Assembly (NCBI RefSeq): GCF_009914755.1
Contig: NC_060930.1
Reading direction: 5' to 3' (one strand)
Length of the DNA stretch: 64,000 bases
Source: the human T2T-CHM13v2.0 reference genome, Homo sapiens
Numbering within the stretch: the first letter of the stretch is position 1; each line of letters begins with the position of its first letter. Of this stretch, positions 17,701 to 35,981 are shown piece after piece. Under the pieces are notes generated by a model. It worked only from the letters and a program-made list of their open reading frames with translations. It did no database searches and was not told the origin of the DNA. Made by a program: the position numbers and the translations under genes.

Positions 17701-18199
17701 ACACTGATGGTTACGGATCTCTGAAGAGAATGGCAAGCCAGAGCCATCTCCAGCAAAACCCAACAAGTTGCAAGTCCTGTCCACACAGCACTTGTCCCAT
17801 TATCCCATCATCATATTAGTACTCCACTCTCAAAAAAATAATGGTCAGTCACAGATGAAGGAAAACCTCTGGCATAAAGGAACTGATTACCTATCTATTT
17901 AGATATGCTATCCAAATTCCTGACCAAATTGGAGCAGAAACCCTTTAATACTGTAAACAAACAATATCTTTATAAAATTTTCTGACTTAGAGGTCTAATC
18001 AACACATTGAGCTCAAAGCTAACTTTAAAATCATTGCAAATGATCAGTCCAGATGGTGCTAATTTTATATTTGATTAAAATACCTGATAGTCAAGTTGTC
18101 TAATCCTGGAACACTCCAGCTGAAGTTCTCATTTATGTACTATGATCTTTTCATGGGGTGTATTTTTCTTAGTAATGAAATGTTGGTTTGATATTCAAT

Positions 18200-20530
18200 G
18201 AAAGATGTGAAAAATTTCTACATTGAAAACTAACAAATATGTATAAGAAAATTAAAGACAATTTAAATAAATGTAGAGATATAACATATTTTTATTAGAA
18301 GTTCTGCATTTAAGATATACATTTTTTCCAAAAATGACCTATTGATAGCATCCCAGTCTAAATCCAAGCAAGATTTTTTATAGAAATTAACAAAATGATT
18401 TCAATATTTACATGAAAATGCAACAGATTAAAGAGCCAAAATTTTTCAGAAGAAAAAGTTAATGGAACAGAATAAAACAAAATAAGTTAATGGAACAGAA
18501 TAAACTCCATCAATAGATTTAAACATAAATACTCACTCCATTTCTTTAAAATGTTACTAAAGCATTTTAATGGAAAAAGAAAAATTTTGAATAAATGGAG
18601 CTGGTGTAACTGAATATCCATGTAGGGGAAGAAAATCCTACCTCACACTATTCACAAAAAATAAATTGAGATGAGTCATAAAACTAAATGTGAAAGATAA
18701 ATCTACGAAGTTTTGTTCTTATTATTCATTACTGCATAACAAATCACCTCGAATTCTAGAGGTGAAAAAATTGCAACTATTTATTATGTTATGATTGCAT
18801 GAGTTAGGAATTTGGACATGACACAATAAAGATGTCTCATTTCTGCTCCATGATATCTGGGGCCTCAGCTAAGATAGCTTGAAAGGCTAAAAATGGCTGT
18901 TACAGCTTATCTGGGGCCAAATGTCTGGGGCTTCATTTCTTCTCCACATAGCATCTTTTGGGAGTAAAACATCCAAGATTAGCTTTCACTTACATTTGAT
19001 GCTTGATCTGAGATGCTTAGAACAGCTGGGTGCTTACTGGGACAACTCTTTCTCCACCATGGTGGTCTCAGGGGAGTTAGACTTCTAACATGATGTCTGG
19101 TTTCCTCTAGCATGAGTGTTCCTTCCAAGAAACCATGGCAGAATCTTGAAGGCTTCCTATGACCAAGCCTCCATAATTCCAGCATGTAACTTTCACTATA
19201 TTCTGTCAATCAAGTGAGTCACTAAGGCCAGCCAGACCATATTCAAGGGGAAAGAAAGAATACATTCTTTCTATTATTGGGAGAATTATGTGTGCAATGA
19301 CACAATCTACCACAAGCTTGGAAAAGAGAATATAGACAAAGATTTCTTAAACAGGGCACAAAAGATACTAACAATATATGGGGGAAAATGGTAAGTGAGA
19401 ATGCATCAAAATTTAAAACTTTCTGTAATCAAAGACACTGCTGAGAACATCAAAGGGCAAGCCACTGAGTACTAGAGAAAATACTTATCATACATACATC
19501 TAATTTTTAAGTGACTCATATTTAGAACCTGTAAAGAACTCCAGCATAAATAAAAAAGAAAAATAGCAAAAATTTTTTAAATGGGCCAAAAATTAGAAGA
19601 ACTTTTGCAAAAAGAAATCCAAGTGGCTGATAAACATATGAAAAGGTACTCAATTCAGTACTTTTTTAAAAAAATACAAATTCTAAGTACAATAAGATCT
19701 CAGTAAACAAAATGGCTAAAAATACAAAGGCTGACAATACCCAGTGGTGGTGAAAATATGGAATAACTTGAACTCTCATACATTGCAGATGGGAGTATTA
19801 AAATGGTACAACCATTTTGGAAAGCTGATCAGCAGTTCTTATAAAGTTAATCATACACTGTATCAGTTATCTATTGCCACCTTAACTAACCAGATCAAAG
19901 TTTAGTAGCATAAAACTATATATATATATATATATATGTGTGTGTATTTTTTTTAAGATAGGGTCTCGCCATGTTGCCCAGGCTGGTTTCAAACTCCTGA
20001 GCTCAAGCAATCCACCTGCCTTGGTCTCCCAAAGTGCTGGGATTACAGGTGTGAGCCACTGTACCCAGCCTAATAATTCTTTCTTTATGATTCTCTGGGT
20101 CAGTAACTCGGTTTGAGTTTAGCCAAGTGGTTCTTCCCCTAGTCTTGCACAGAATCACTCGTGTCACCACAGTAATACAGCTCAACTGGGACCAGATTTT
20201 CTAAAATAGCTTCACTCAAATATCTGGTAAGTGTTATTGATTGAGCTGCATGTCTTCAGCAAGCTAGCCCAGGCTTCTTTACATGGCATCAGTGTTTCTA
20301 ATGGGCAAGCCCCAATGTACAAGCACTTCTTAAATCTCTGCTTAGGTCATGTTTGCTAATGTCACATTGGCCAAAGATATCGATGTGGCCAATATGTGAA
20401 GGAACTATAATTCAACCTGGATTTAGGAAGGAGACCATTACTTAACAATATACCACAAATACCTACCTATAACCCAACAATTCATTTCCTAGGCATCTAC
20501 CCAAAAGGAATGAGAATGAATGTGTATGTT
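18200..20530 (+). mobile_element. Old L1M ORF2 3' region interrupted by two MLT1-type LTRs (~18715-19310 and ~19859-20455, minus strand) and a FLAM (~19945-20070)
   Basis: L1-like AAAATTAAAGAC..AAATAAATG, GAACTCTCATACATTGC, ACAACCATTTTGGAAA. MLT-like ends TATTCATTACTGCATAACAAATCACC and TGTATCAGTTATCTATTGC. Confidence 0.7.
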
Positions 20531-21504
20531 CACAAAAAAACTTGCACTGTGTCTACTGTTGACTCTCAGATCCCCAAAAGATCACCATATAAACCTGTTG
20601 ATCAAAGCTGAATTTATTGGACCTATTGCAGAAAGGGAAAATATTGTCTTAACACTGTTAATGGTGTCTCAAAATGGTAAAACTGGGGAAGAGTATTTAT
20701 AAGGTTTGAGAAAAAGATAAGTGATAATAAAGTAAATTTGGCAAGACAGGGAACTTGTTAGTGTTGGGCAGTGTTTATAAGTTGATAGCTTTGGACTGGT
20801 GGGCACAGCAAAGCAAAAGTCTTGAAGAAAATCTTGACAAGTGACCTATTGGTATTTCTTGGAGCAAGCAGCTGAGTTACTATTGCTGGTCTCCATACTG
20901 TTTAAAGGAGGGATTGGGAATTGTGTCTGGTCCATTTAGTTCAGGGACAGGAAACTACGTTGGCTTTGGTTCTCACCACACAAACAGTCTGATATTCAGC
21001 CTATATTAGATAGTGATTTCTTTTCTGTGTCTGTTTTAACAGTGTCTCTTTAAATGTCATCTTTGTTTCTGAGTGTAAGAAATAATCAGTTTAGTAACTG
21101 GGAATTTTTTAAAACCCTACATTTCATATTTTGAATTCAGATTATACCTAATCACAACTCCTTTACACTTAAGTTTCAGAAATGGCAACATAATCATGCT
21201 CATGTATAACTAATAGAATTGGTCCTCAGCATACTCTTTAAAAGTATTGATCATATTAATCCTTTATAAACAGAAATAGCTGAAAATAGTGTTATTAATA
21301 ACTTTTTACCCAATTGAATAAATTTTTGGGTATTTGAAAAGCTCAAGTAATTTTCATTCTTCTCATTGCCCCTAATTTTTCACTCATACCCACTCATAAA
21401 TATTATCTTCCAAAGTTAAGTTGTTGGAACTTAAGTTTCCAAGGTTAAGTTGTTATTAACTCACTTTAAAAAGCCCAAATGATTTCATGATTTTCATTGT
21501 AATT

Positions 21505-23903
<2,399 letters not shown>

Positions 23904-23989
23904 AAGGAAACAGATGAGATTATTGGAAGCATATTAGAATTAATAATAGATTGATGCACATTTGGAGACTCTAAAATGAAAAATTCAAG

Positions 23990-25470
<1,481 letters not shown>

Positions 25471-25883
25471 TGAATTTCCTCAAGTCCTTAATTCTTACTC
25501 AGATAATTAATCTCTGATATAATCATCCATATGTCTAAACTTTTGTGGATACTAACAATGTTATAATAAATACTCTTAATTGCTTCTTCTTATCAATATG
25601 TCTTCTGGGAATTTGGGTCTGTTTTTCATAGATATCTGCTTTATTGAAAAAAATTATATATTACGTGCAGCTTAAACTGACTAAGAAAATCACTGCTCTG
25701 CCCCAATAGGTAAAGTGAGGGGCAAAAAGAAAAAGAAATGGTAGATAAGATGACACGGAAATTCTTCCTGATCTATGTTCGTAAGTGAAAATTATCAAAT
25801 TAAAGTGTACCTAATGATAATATATAAGGTAAAATGATAGCTCTTCTACAATTCCATTCTCATAGTCACCTGATTGTCTAAAT

Positions 25884-26210
25884 CAGGGGTCCCCAACCCC
25901 TGGGCCATGGACCAGTACCAGTCCGTGGCCTGTTAGGAACTGGGCTGCACAGCAGGAGGTGAGTGGCAGGAGCTAGCATTATGGCCTGAGCTCTGCCTCC
26001 TGTCAGATCAGTGGCAGCATTAGATTCTCTTAGGAGCATGAACCCTATTATGAACTGCACATGCGAGAAATCTAGGTTGCATCCTCCTTGTGAGAATCTA
26101 ACGCCTGATTATCTGAAGTGGAACAGTTTCATCCTGAAACCCCCACCAATTCGTGGAAAAAATGTCTCCACAAAACCAGTCCCTGGTGCCAAAAAGGTTT
26201 GGGATCACTG
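25884..26210 (+). mobile_element. MER1B-like hAT-Charlie MITE
   Basis: TIRs CAGGGGTCCCCAACC..GGTTTGGGATCACTG; perfect 8-bp TSD GTCTAAAT at 25876-25883 and 26211-26218. Confidence 0.93.
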
Positions 26211-27193
26211 GTCTAAATGGCTTCCCTATCTGTTCAAATAGACAATTTGAGCTTAGGAAATAGCTGCATTTGGGTAACATAAGTGAGTACTTTATTTAAA
26301 AGACCATACACACATTACCCCAAACATAAAACACATGAGAGAAGGAGGCTCTGCTTTCTAATTTTTACTTTTTCTTGTTCTATAAAACTTTCTGGGAAAT
26401 GTGAAGGATATCAAAATCGTACTGCATGCAGTTTCAATTGAAGCATTTGTTTACAAAAAGAATCCAGTTGTTCTAATGAAAAACATATGCTAAGTTGGAT
26501 GGTGCTCTAGTAAAATAAATTAAGGAGGAATTCAATATGACCCCAAAGAAATTTGAGGAAAGTTATAAAAACATGGGAACATCTTTTGAAATGTCTTTTT
26601 AAATCACGTTGCTTTAAAATTTTTTATATTGTATAAGCTTATTTTCCCTTGTCCATGTTAGAAAAATGTTCTACTTCTCATGCCATAGGCACTTATATGG
26701 TTTCTTCTCATGTTTGAGATGTACATGCACCCACACAAATCCAAGACATCTAGAACACTCAGGCATTTGCACCCTTGTGGAAAGAGAAGCTTACTCAGCT
26801 GCAACTGAGAGTTCTATTTTCTTATAGAGGAACACATTGTTAAATTTCAAGTAAATTCTAACCCATTAGTCCTAGGAACGTATTATGACTTCAAAGAAAT
26901 TAGAGGTAAGTCATAAAAACATGGGAACATCTTTTTAAATGTGGCTTTTTAAAGCAAGTTGCTTTCTTTTTTACTGGAAAGTAAAAAAGAGAAACAGGGA
27001 TTCCTTGAGCAAACCTGTATGTCACCTGTCATATCTGGAGAAGGCTCTCTAGAGCTCAAGCTGCCTAGATACGTTGTTGTGAAAAAGAAAAGAATGCCTT
27101 CCCTCAATTATAGACTTCTTACTTACAAATAAAATGGATATCTTTGAAATACTTTGTCTGAAACAGTTAAAGGCAGTTTAGACCATGATAAGT

Positions 27194-27577
27194 CATCTTA
27201 GCCAGTTTGGGCTGATACAACAAAATACCACAGACTGGGTAGTACAAACAACAGAAATTAGTTCTCACAGTTCTGGAGTCTGGGAAGTCTGAGATGCAGG
27301 TGCCAGCACAGTTGGGTTGTGGTGAGGGCCCTCTTCTAGATTTACAGACAACTGTCTTCTTGTTGTATCCTCACATGGTGGAGAACAGAAAGGATGAGCA
27401 ACATGTCATTTCTGTTCTTATAAAGGCACAAATCCCATTCATGACTGCTCCACAATCATGATATAATTACCTCGTAAAGTCCCCATCTCCTAATATCATC
27501 ACATTGGGGGTAAGGATTTCAACTCGTAAATTTTGTCATTTATGCTTGACTAAATGACAAGCATTTAGTCCATAGCA
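27194..27577 (-). mobile_element. MLT1A-type MaLR solo LTR
   Basis: Same family as 22243-22606; ends TTTAGTCCATAGCA; TSD TAAGT. Confidence 0.85.
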
Positions 27578-27599
27578 TAAGTTAAAGATGTATATATGT

Positions 27600-29400
<1,801 letters not shown>

Positions 29401-29407
29401 ATATTGC

Positions 29408-29700
29408 AGGTCGGGCATGGTGGCTCATGCTTGTAATACCAGCACTTTGGGAGGCCAAGGGGGGCAGATGACCCAAAGTCAGGAGTTAAAGACCAGCCTG
29501 GCCAACATAGTGAAACCCCATCTATACTAAAAATATAAAAATTAGCCTGGCATGATGATGGGCACCGGTAATCCCAGCTACTTGGGAGGCTGAGGCAGGA
29601 GAATCTCTTGAATACAGGAAACAGAGGCTGCCATGAGCCAAGATCACGCCACTGCACTCCAGCTTGAGTGACAGAGTGAGACTCTGTCTCAAAAAAAAAA
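29408..29700 (+). mobile_element. AluS
   Basis: Dimeric Alu with poly-A; flanking AAAAGTTA repeats. Confidence 0.93.
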
Positions 29701-29980
29701 AAAGTTACCTAGGCACAGTTAAAACCTCTACTTGCATTGAATCTACTACAATTCCATTAGCTAAAGCAAGTTACATGATCAAGTCCAACATCAATGTGGC
29801 AGGGAAACAACCTCCCCCACTTCTAGTGAATTGCAAGGTCAAATGAAAAAAAGAAAACGAATTTGTCAGTCTTTCATTTTGTCACAGTTATTCTCAGTTC
29901 TCTCATGTGCAGACACTAACCTCCATGCCCAAATCCCCCAAATTCTGTATCTCATGTACCCTATAAATATATACACCTAC

Positions 29981-30761
29981 TGAAATGGGAAAAGTTCTCT
30001 TGCCCCCTCACAGGGTGTGTGACAGGGGAAGTGGCTCACTTCTTCAGTGTCCTGCTGCTCAAACCTCTAGGGGAGCATACAGATGGGCAGGCTGTGGGGC
30101 TCCACTCCACGGCAGTGTCTAGGGGTGAATGTTTACAGCTCCTGAAGCACCAGTGGGCATGTGTTAGGATGCTCTTTTGCTTTTGCTCTTTTAGTTTAGC
30201 CATCTGTAGGTGGCTTGAGTTAGCTCAGTTAGACCCCCTTCCTTATCACAAGGACAGAGGGCTTTCTGTATTCCAGGTTCTTGCCTTGGTGTACCAGAAG
30301 AATCAGGCTTGGAGAATGAGTGCAAGGTTTTATTGAGTAGAAGTATCTCTCAGCAGATGGGGGAGCCAGAAGGGAGATGCGTTTTCCTCTGGAGTCGGGC
30401 CACTCAGTGACCAGATTCTTCTCCCACCCCTCCGGCCAAACTCTGCATCGTTCCACCAGTTGATGACCTCTCTATGATCAGCTGCTTGTGTCTTCTGCCA
30501 ATGTGTTCCCCATGACGTCCAGCCGCTTTTGTACCTACCTTGCTAGGGTCTTGGGTTTTTATAGGCACAGGATGGGGGCGTGGCAGGCCAAGGTGGTCTT
30601 GGGAAATGCAACATTTGGGCAGGAAATGCCTGTCTTCATCTAGATCTGTGAGGGTAGAGCCCTAGCCAGGGACCACACTCTCCTCTACCCAGCACTTCCC
30701 TTCCTCTCTTCCATATCATTTAAAGGGACCTCACTCTTCCCTTCCCAGCACTTCTGTATCA
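29981..30761 (-). mobile_element. ERV1 solo LTR of the LTR1/LTR27/LTR28 group
   Basis: TG..CA termini (minus strand starts TGATACAGAAGTGCTGGGAAGGGAAGAG); 4-bp TSD CTAC at 29977-29980 and 30762-30765. Confidence 0.85.
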
Positions 30762-32169
30762 CTACTTTGTAGTCACAAAGATTAAACATTTTTTAAAAAT
30801 AAAATCTATAAAATCCCCAAACTTCCCATCCTTTGTAATGACAGCAAGTGTCATTACTATTGAGGACATCTGAAGTAAAGGATCTCCTAATCTACATCAG
30901 ATCTAGATGCATTTTCATTAATAAAGAGTCCTATGAACTCTAAAAAGACTGTTCTCCAAATACCCACTATAACAACAGCGAAACAAAGACAAGGATACTT
31001 TCATTAATACTTGCACATGTTTAGGGCAATTCTCAAATCACTCCAGGCAAATATTTCCAAATCTCCCCACTTTGGGTAGGGATTTTTCCTTGATTCCATC
31101 TTTGTTTTGCACTCTGGGAGTATCACTCTGGTCCACTTTTCTAATCAGTTCTTGGCAATGCCCTTTTCAAGTTGTTTTCTTTTCTACTATTCTACTTGGC
31201 TATACTTGTAGATGGCATGGGTGAATATACCCTGACTTCTGGGTATATTATTTCCTGTCTGCAGAAAGGTAGGTTCACAGAAGTTTTTAAAATACATACA
31301 TCAAATATTCATAGTCTCTTTTACTCCAAGTTGGTAGAGAGTTTGCCAGTAGAGTGCTCTCATAAACTTTGTGGAACTTTTATTACATAAATCTAGCCAA
31401 TGCCAAGAGCCACAGGCTACACCTACAGTTCTTTTTGAGATATTTCTCTTTTTATTATAGGTACTTCATGTTTATGAGGCTTCTGTGAGACTATACTCTT
31501 AGTCTTTCTGTAAGCCATTATGTCTACATGAAAAGTAAGCATCATCTCAGTCCCTTCAGAAAACCTAATATAGAGGGTAACATCTTTGTTTCTTTTTTGT
31601 CCTGGGGCTGTTTCTTAATGTCGTTACTCTGACTTTGATGCTTGCCTTGAGGCAAGTCCTTTACATGATGATAAACAGCTTCGTTTTCCAATCATGCAAA
31701 TCCTATAGTTTCTGAGCTTTTTATATTCCCTCTAATTTCTATTTGTGAATCAGCTAGTGCTTTTCTAAGCATATTTGTTTCTCATAGCAGCTTATTAAAT
31801 ATAGCTAGCAACAACCCAGTCACGTTATCAACATTCTGTTTTAAAATATCCTGACTTGACTTTTGGATTCTGATTGGAGACTTAAAGAGCTAGAAAGATC
31901 ATCACTCTCAATTTCATAAGGAAAAAAAAAAAACACATCTGGATGAAGAGCAAATTCAAAACTTTCCTTGAACCCCTCAGGCCTGCAGGGAGAAATGAGG
32001 CAGGAGCACTGATTCATCTTGGAAAGATGCAACATGACACTGATAAGAAAAGTTCAGCTAGGCTGATTGGTGAGTTGGTGGAGGTTAGGTGTGTGTGCAC
32101 TGTCAAGACAGCATGAAGCTCCCGTGTTGCCAGAGGGCTTAGGTGGGTCTCCAGATGCTGGTGAGACCC

Positions 32170-35100
32170 AGTAAGGAACATGGCTGTGCTTTGGTCAAGA
32201 ATAGGCCAAGTTAGGATGTTTACATCCTGCGTGACTCAGCGAGTTCAGAGCACAGGCCTATAACTCCACTTGTTATCACAGCCATGTAGCCATAACATGG
32301 GAAGGCCATCACTTGGCTCTATGCCATTATTGCCTGTGAAAGGTATAATTGCCTCGTTGACACTGTGCAGGCGTGTGGGTGCCCAGAGAAAGAGAGAGAG
32401 AGTCAGAACTGTCCGTCTTTGCAGACAGACAGAGGGGAGCCAGGACACAGCTTGGCTTGTTCGTGCCCAGAGAGAGAGTTAAGCGGCTGATTCTCAAGGC
32501 AGGGGTGAGCAGGCCGCGCAGCTGTATGTGGGAGCTGCCAACTCAAACAGTCCACAGGGTGGACAGTGTGAGAAAGCTATTGATGAGAGCTTCTGCTGAA
32601 TAAAATCACCTTCACCTGCCTACCGCCCCCAGAGCGTTCTTTCTGCTCATCCACCCACTCCCTCGGACTTCAGCATGGGTTGGACCCGGACCCCGGGATC
32701 TGACAATTAGCGATGAGGATGGGATGAGGTGAGTGGGTCTCTAGCCCCTGAGGCTCCCGGGTCGACTATGTGGCTGCAGCAGGGGCTGTGGTGCCCAGTG
32801 GCAGCGGTGTTGCTTGGATGGGCCCTAAAGGGAACGTGGGAGGCACGGGACGGGTCTCCCGTGAGCATGGAGAAGGCGCTGAAGCACCTGGTAGTGCACA
32901 GCACCAAGAAGAAGCATGCCTTTACCGGCAGAATCAGATGGGCGTTTGTGACTCTGCTGCGGGCAGTGCATGCCCAGTCCTTTTGAGACGCAGCGCAGGG
33001 AGGAAGAAGAACCTCTATTGCAGGCTCGCGTAGAGCATGAGCAGCTGTTGGGCCCCAAGGGTGGGCCCAGAGACCCCCTACTGTGGTGGAGGACACTTCC
33101 TATGGTGCCTGTACCCCTGCTGAGTTGCGGGAGTTAAGTAAGTAATGTCGGCAGTCATGTACAGACTTCGTGCAAGTCATCTGGGAGAAAGATGTTGCTG
33201 CGCAACCCAATCTGACCCGAGCATTCCAGGTCAAAGAGTACCTGCCGCAGTCGTCGGAAGTGAAAAGCCTTTTCTGTTTGATAAGAGACTGGCCGAGGGG
33301 TCTGGCTTGGTGGAAGGGGGCCGGGGGTCGGGCACGGGCACCGGACAACCAAAGGCCATCTGTGAACTTGGCAATCCACTGGTCACTGAACCCAGATAAG
33401 TTTCTGGGCAGAGCTGCATTTATTAATGGCTATGAAGACTGGTCAGTGAAAGTGAAGCTTGTGTCTTTGCATCTTGGAATTGTCAGCCTGGCTCTCTGCT
33501 TACGCACTGTGTGTGTCTCTCCCATGCCTGAGGACATTCTAGGGGTGGACGTTTTGCACGGCTTGGCAGCTGTGCTGTCTGTCACAGACTTAATGGACCA
33601 TTTGACAACGGAACTGGGACGGTCCACAGGGAGCCAGGAATAGTTTTGCCCTCATGGGAAGGATGACAATGGAATTTCACCATGCTGCCACAGGGCTATT
33701 TGCATAGCCCATTTTATGTCATAGTCTTGTAATGTTATGTTAACCTGTAATTCTCTTGCAGGATTAAAAGTGGCAGTGCCCCTTTTTCCTGGGATTGGGA
33801 TGATGAGGCTGAGACAGCCCTTATAGGTAGTAAACCAAGGGTGCCCATTTACACTAGAGTTACATGTAACCACAGATAGTTTCAGCAAGGGCCTATAGCA
33901 GTGCATAGAGTGCTTGAAAACACCAGTAAGCTTTTAGTCCCAATTGTGGAAGGGAGCTGAGCTCCTGTGTTTACTCATACAGGAGCAGTTAGTCATAGTA
34001 GGATGGGTGCGTTCATGGATAACCACCCCTTGGATAGGGAAAGCAGTTGGTAACTGCATATGCTGCCCTTCAGGCTCATGAGAGCATAGTAGGATGGATT
34101 ACGGTCTTCATGCAGATGATTTACCCAGTAGCGGGATGGGTGCATTCATGTGTAACAGTCCCCACCCTGGACAGGGACGGCACAGACATCCACTTTAGTG
34201 AAGTGGAGCGCCTATTTAGAACAGTGAAGTACACTGAGTACAAGTCCCTTAGCAGCAGAGTTACAAGAGATCTTAGGGCCTATACTCTTAATACAAGATA
34301 AGGCCATGGGGCCTGAGGCACCCCTAGACCCTGAGACTTCACCGTTAGGAAGGGCATCCCCCCATTCCTAATAGGGCATTGTACACAGCTAGGTCTAGCT
34401 GGGTGCTACTGATGCCTGGACTGCTGGTGCAGTCCAGTCTAGTTTGAAACCAGATGTGGGCAAAGGTTTGAAACCAGGTGTGGGCAAAGTAGCTAATGAG
34501 CTCAACTCAGGGAAGTGTGAATAATAATCACCAAGAGGGTGACACCTATGGTAATCTGCGCCAATAGCTGAGCAGTTTATCGAGAATTATATATATTGGG
34601 CCTGCGTGCCCAAAGCCTATGTGTCAGGCCTGTGTGCCCAAAGCATGTGTGTCAAACCTGTGTATCAAATCTGTGCATCCAAAATCTATGTCTCCCTTTG
34701 CCTTGGGGCTGGAGTGTAAGGAATATGGCTGTGCTTTGGTCAAAGATAGGCCGAGGTAGGATATTTACATCCTGCATGACTCAGTGAGTTTAGAGCACAG
34801 GTGTATAACTCCACTTGTTATCATAGCCATGTAACCATAACATGGGAAGGCCATCACTTGGCTCTACACCACTATTGTCTATAAAACGTATAATTGCCCT
34901 GTTGACACTGTGCAGGTGCGTGGGTGCTCAGAGAAAGAGAGAGTCAGAGCTGTCCCTCTTTGCAGACGGAGAGAGAGGAGCCAGGACAGAGCTCGGCTCA
35001 CTTGTGCTCAGAGAGAGAGTCAAGCTGCTGACCCTGAAGGCAGGGGAGAGCAGGCCACCCAGCCAGCTGTATGTGGGAGCTGCTGGCTCAAGCAGTGGAG

Positions 35101-35248
35101 ACAGGGCAGACAGTGTGAGAAAGCTGTTGATGAGAGTTGAATAAAACCACATTCACCTGCCTATGGCCCCGCCCCAGTGTCCTTTCTGCTCATCCACCCA
35201 CTCCCTTGGACTTCAGCATAGGCTGGACCCAGACCCCGGGGTCTGATA
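32170..35248 (+). mobile_element. Internally deleted HERV-S/HERV18 (class III, LTR18) provirus; 5' LTR 32170-32705, 3' LTR 34715-35248
   Basis: Two ~535-bp direct repeats. PBS TAGCGATGAGGATGGGAT matches the 3' end of tRNA-Ser(GCT) at 16/18. Degenerate PPT GGGGCTGGAG precedes the 3' LTR. 5-bp TSD GACCC at 32165-32169 and 35249-35253. Only ~2 kb of internal sequence remains. Confidence 0.9.
32708..32725 (+). promoter_or_regulatory. Primer binding site for tRNA-Ser(GCT)
   Basis: TAGCGATGAGGATGGGAT versus expected TGGCGACGAGGATGGGAT, 2 nt after the LTR end TGACA. Confidence 0.88.
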
Positions 35249-35981
35249 GACCCCCAGCCCTAGACAGTGTTCCAAGTCCTTGACTCCAATGCAAGAAAAA
35301 TTCAGGGACAAGCCAGAATGAAGTGAAAGGCAAGAAGCTCTTACTGCAAAGCAAAGGACACACTGTAGCAGAGTGCGTACAAGAGAGTGAGTCATGTACA
35401 ACAGAGTTTGGGTTTCTAATTTTATGGGGTCTTCTAACTGGGAGGTGGAATAATCATGAGGTCACCTAGGAAAAAGGTGGAGATTTCTTAGAATTGAGGT
35501 GCCACCCATTGTTATGCTAAATATGGGCATGCTCCAACCTGTCAGGATGCCAGTGAGTGTGTGATGTCGTATGGTAATAAACATACAATTAGATCTGGGG
35601 GTAGGGCATGGGTGAAATCCAGCAAGTGTTGACCCTGCTGGTTTCAAGCAGCTTAGCCCCCATCCTGTTTGTTAGGGTCTTATCAGCCAAGACTCGTCCA
35701 TGTCCTTATCCTTGTAGCTAATTTGAACAGCCCCTTTCTTGCTGTTATGTGAAATTACTACTTGATATTTTCCTGCTTCCCCTGTGACCATCCAGCATTG
35801 CTATTCCACCACCCAAGGTTTTGGCTCTTTTCTCTCCTTATTTGGGGTTTTCTGTTATCCTGTAGTTTCTTTGCCTAGTTCTTGTTTTAGCAGTTGTTCA
35901 GGTTTTTCCATCCTCCTGCAACCACCCAGTGCTATTCCTGTCTCACCTGGAGGCAGTAAATAGGGAGAGTCCGAGTACTCT

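Larger units (their letters stand above)
32125..35945 (-). mobile_element. ERV1 (MER4-group-like) solo LTR split by the HERV-S insertion (pieces 32125-32169 and 35249-35945)
   Basis: Minus strand starts TGAGACAGGAATAGCACTGGGTGG and ends GGCAACA; TSD CCCG/CCTG (CpG decay) at 32121-32124 and 35946-35949. Confidence 0.75.

Noticed and set aside
17267-17704. 145-aa minus-strand ORF
   Set aside because: Non-ATG start, no recognisable domain, and it lies in old repeat-like sequence.
21120-21240. Possible missing N-terminal part of the fossil OR upstream of the L2 (GNIIML-like)
   Set aside because: Similarity is too weak to separate from chance in AT-rich DNA without an alignment score.
34599-34692. 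Short spaced repeats resembling a CRISPR-like array
   Set aside because: Degenerate tandem repeats with no unique spacers, in the 3' internal region of an ERV in a mammalian genome.
32245-35152. Dense overlapping ORFs on both strands
   Set aside because: Explained by higher GC content in the decayed HERV-S; none is a full gag, pro or pol.
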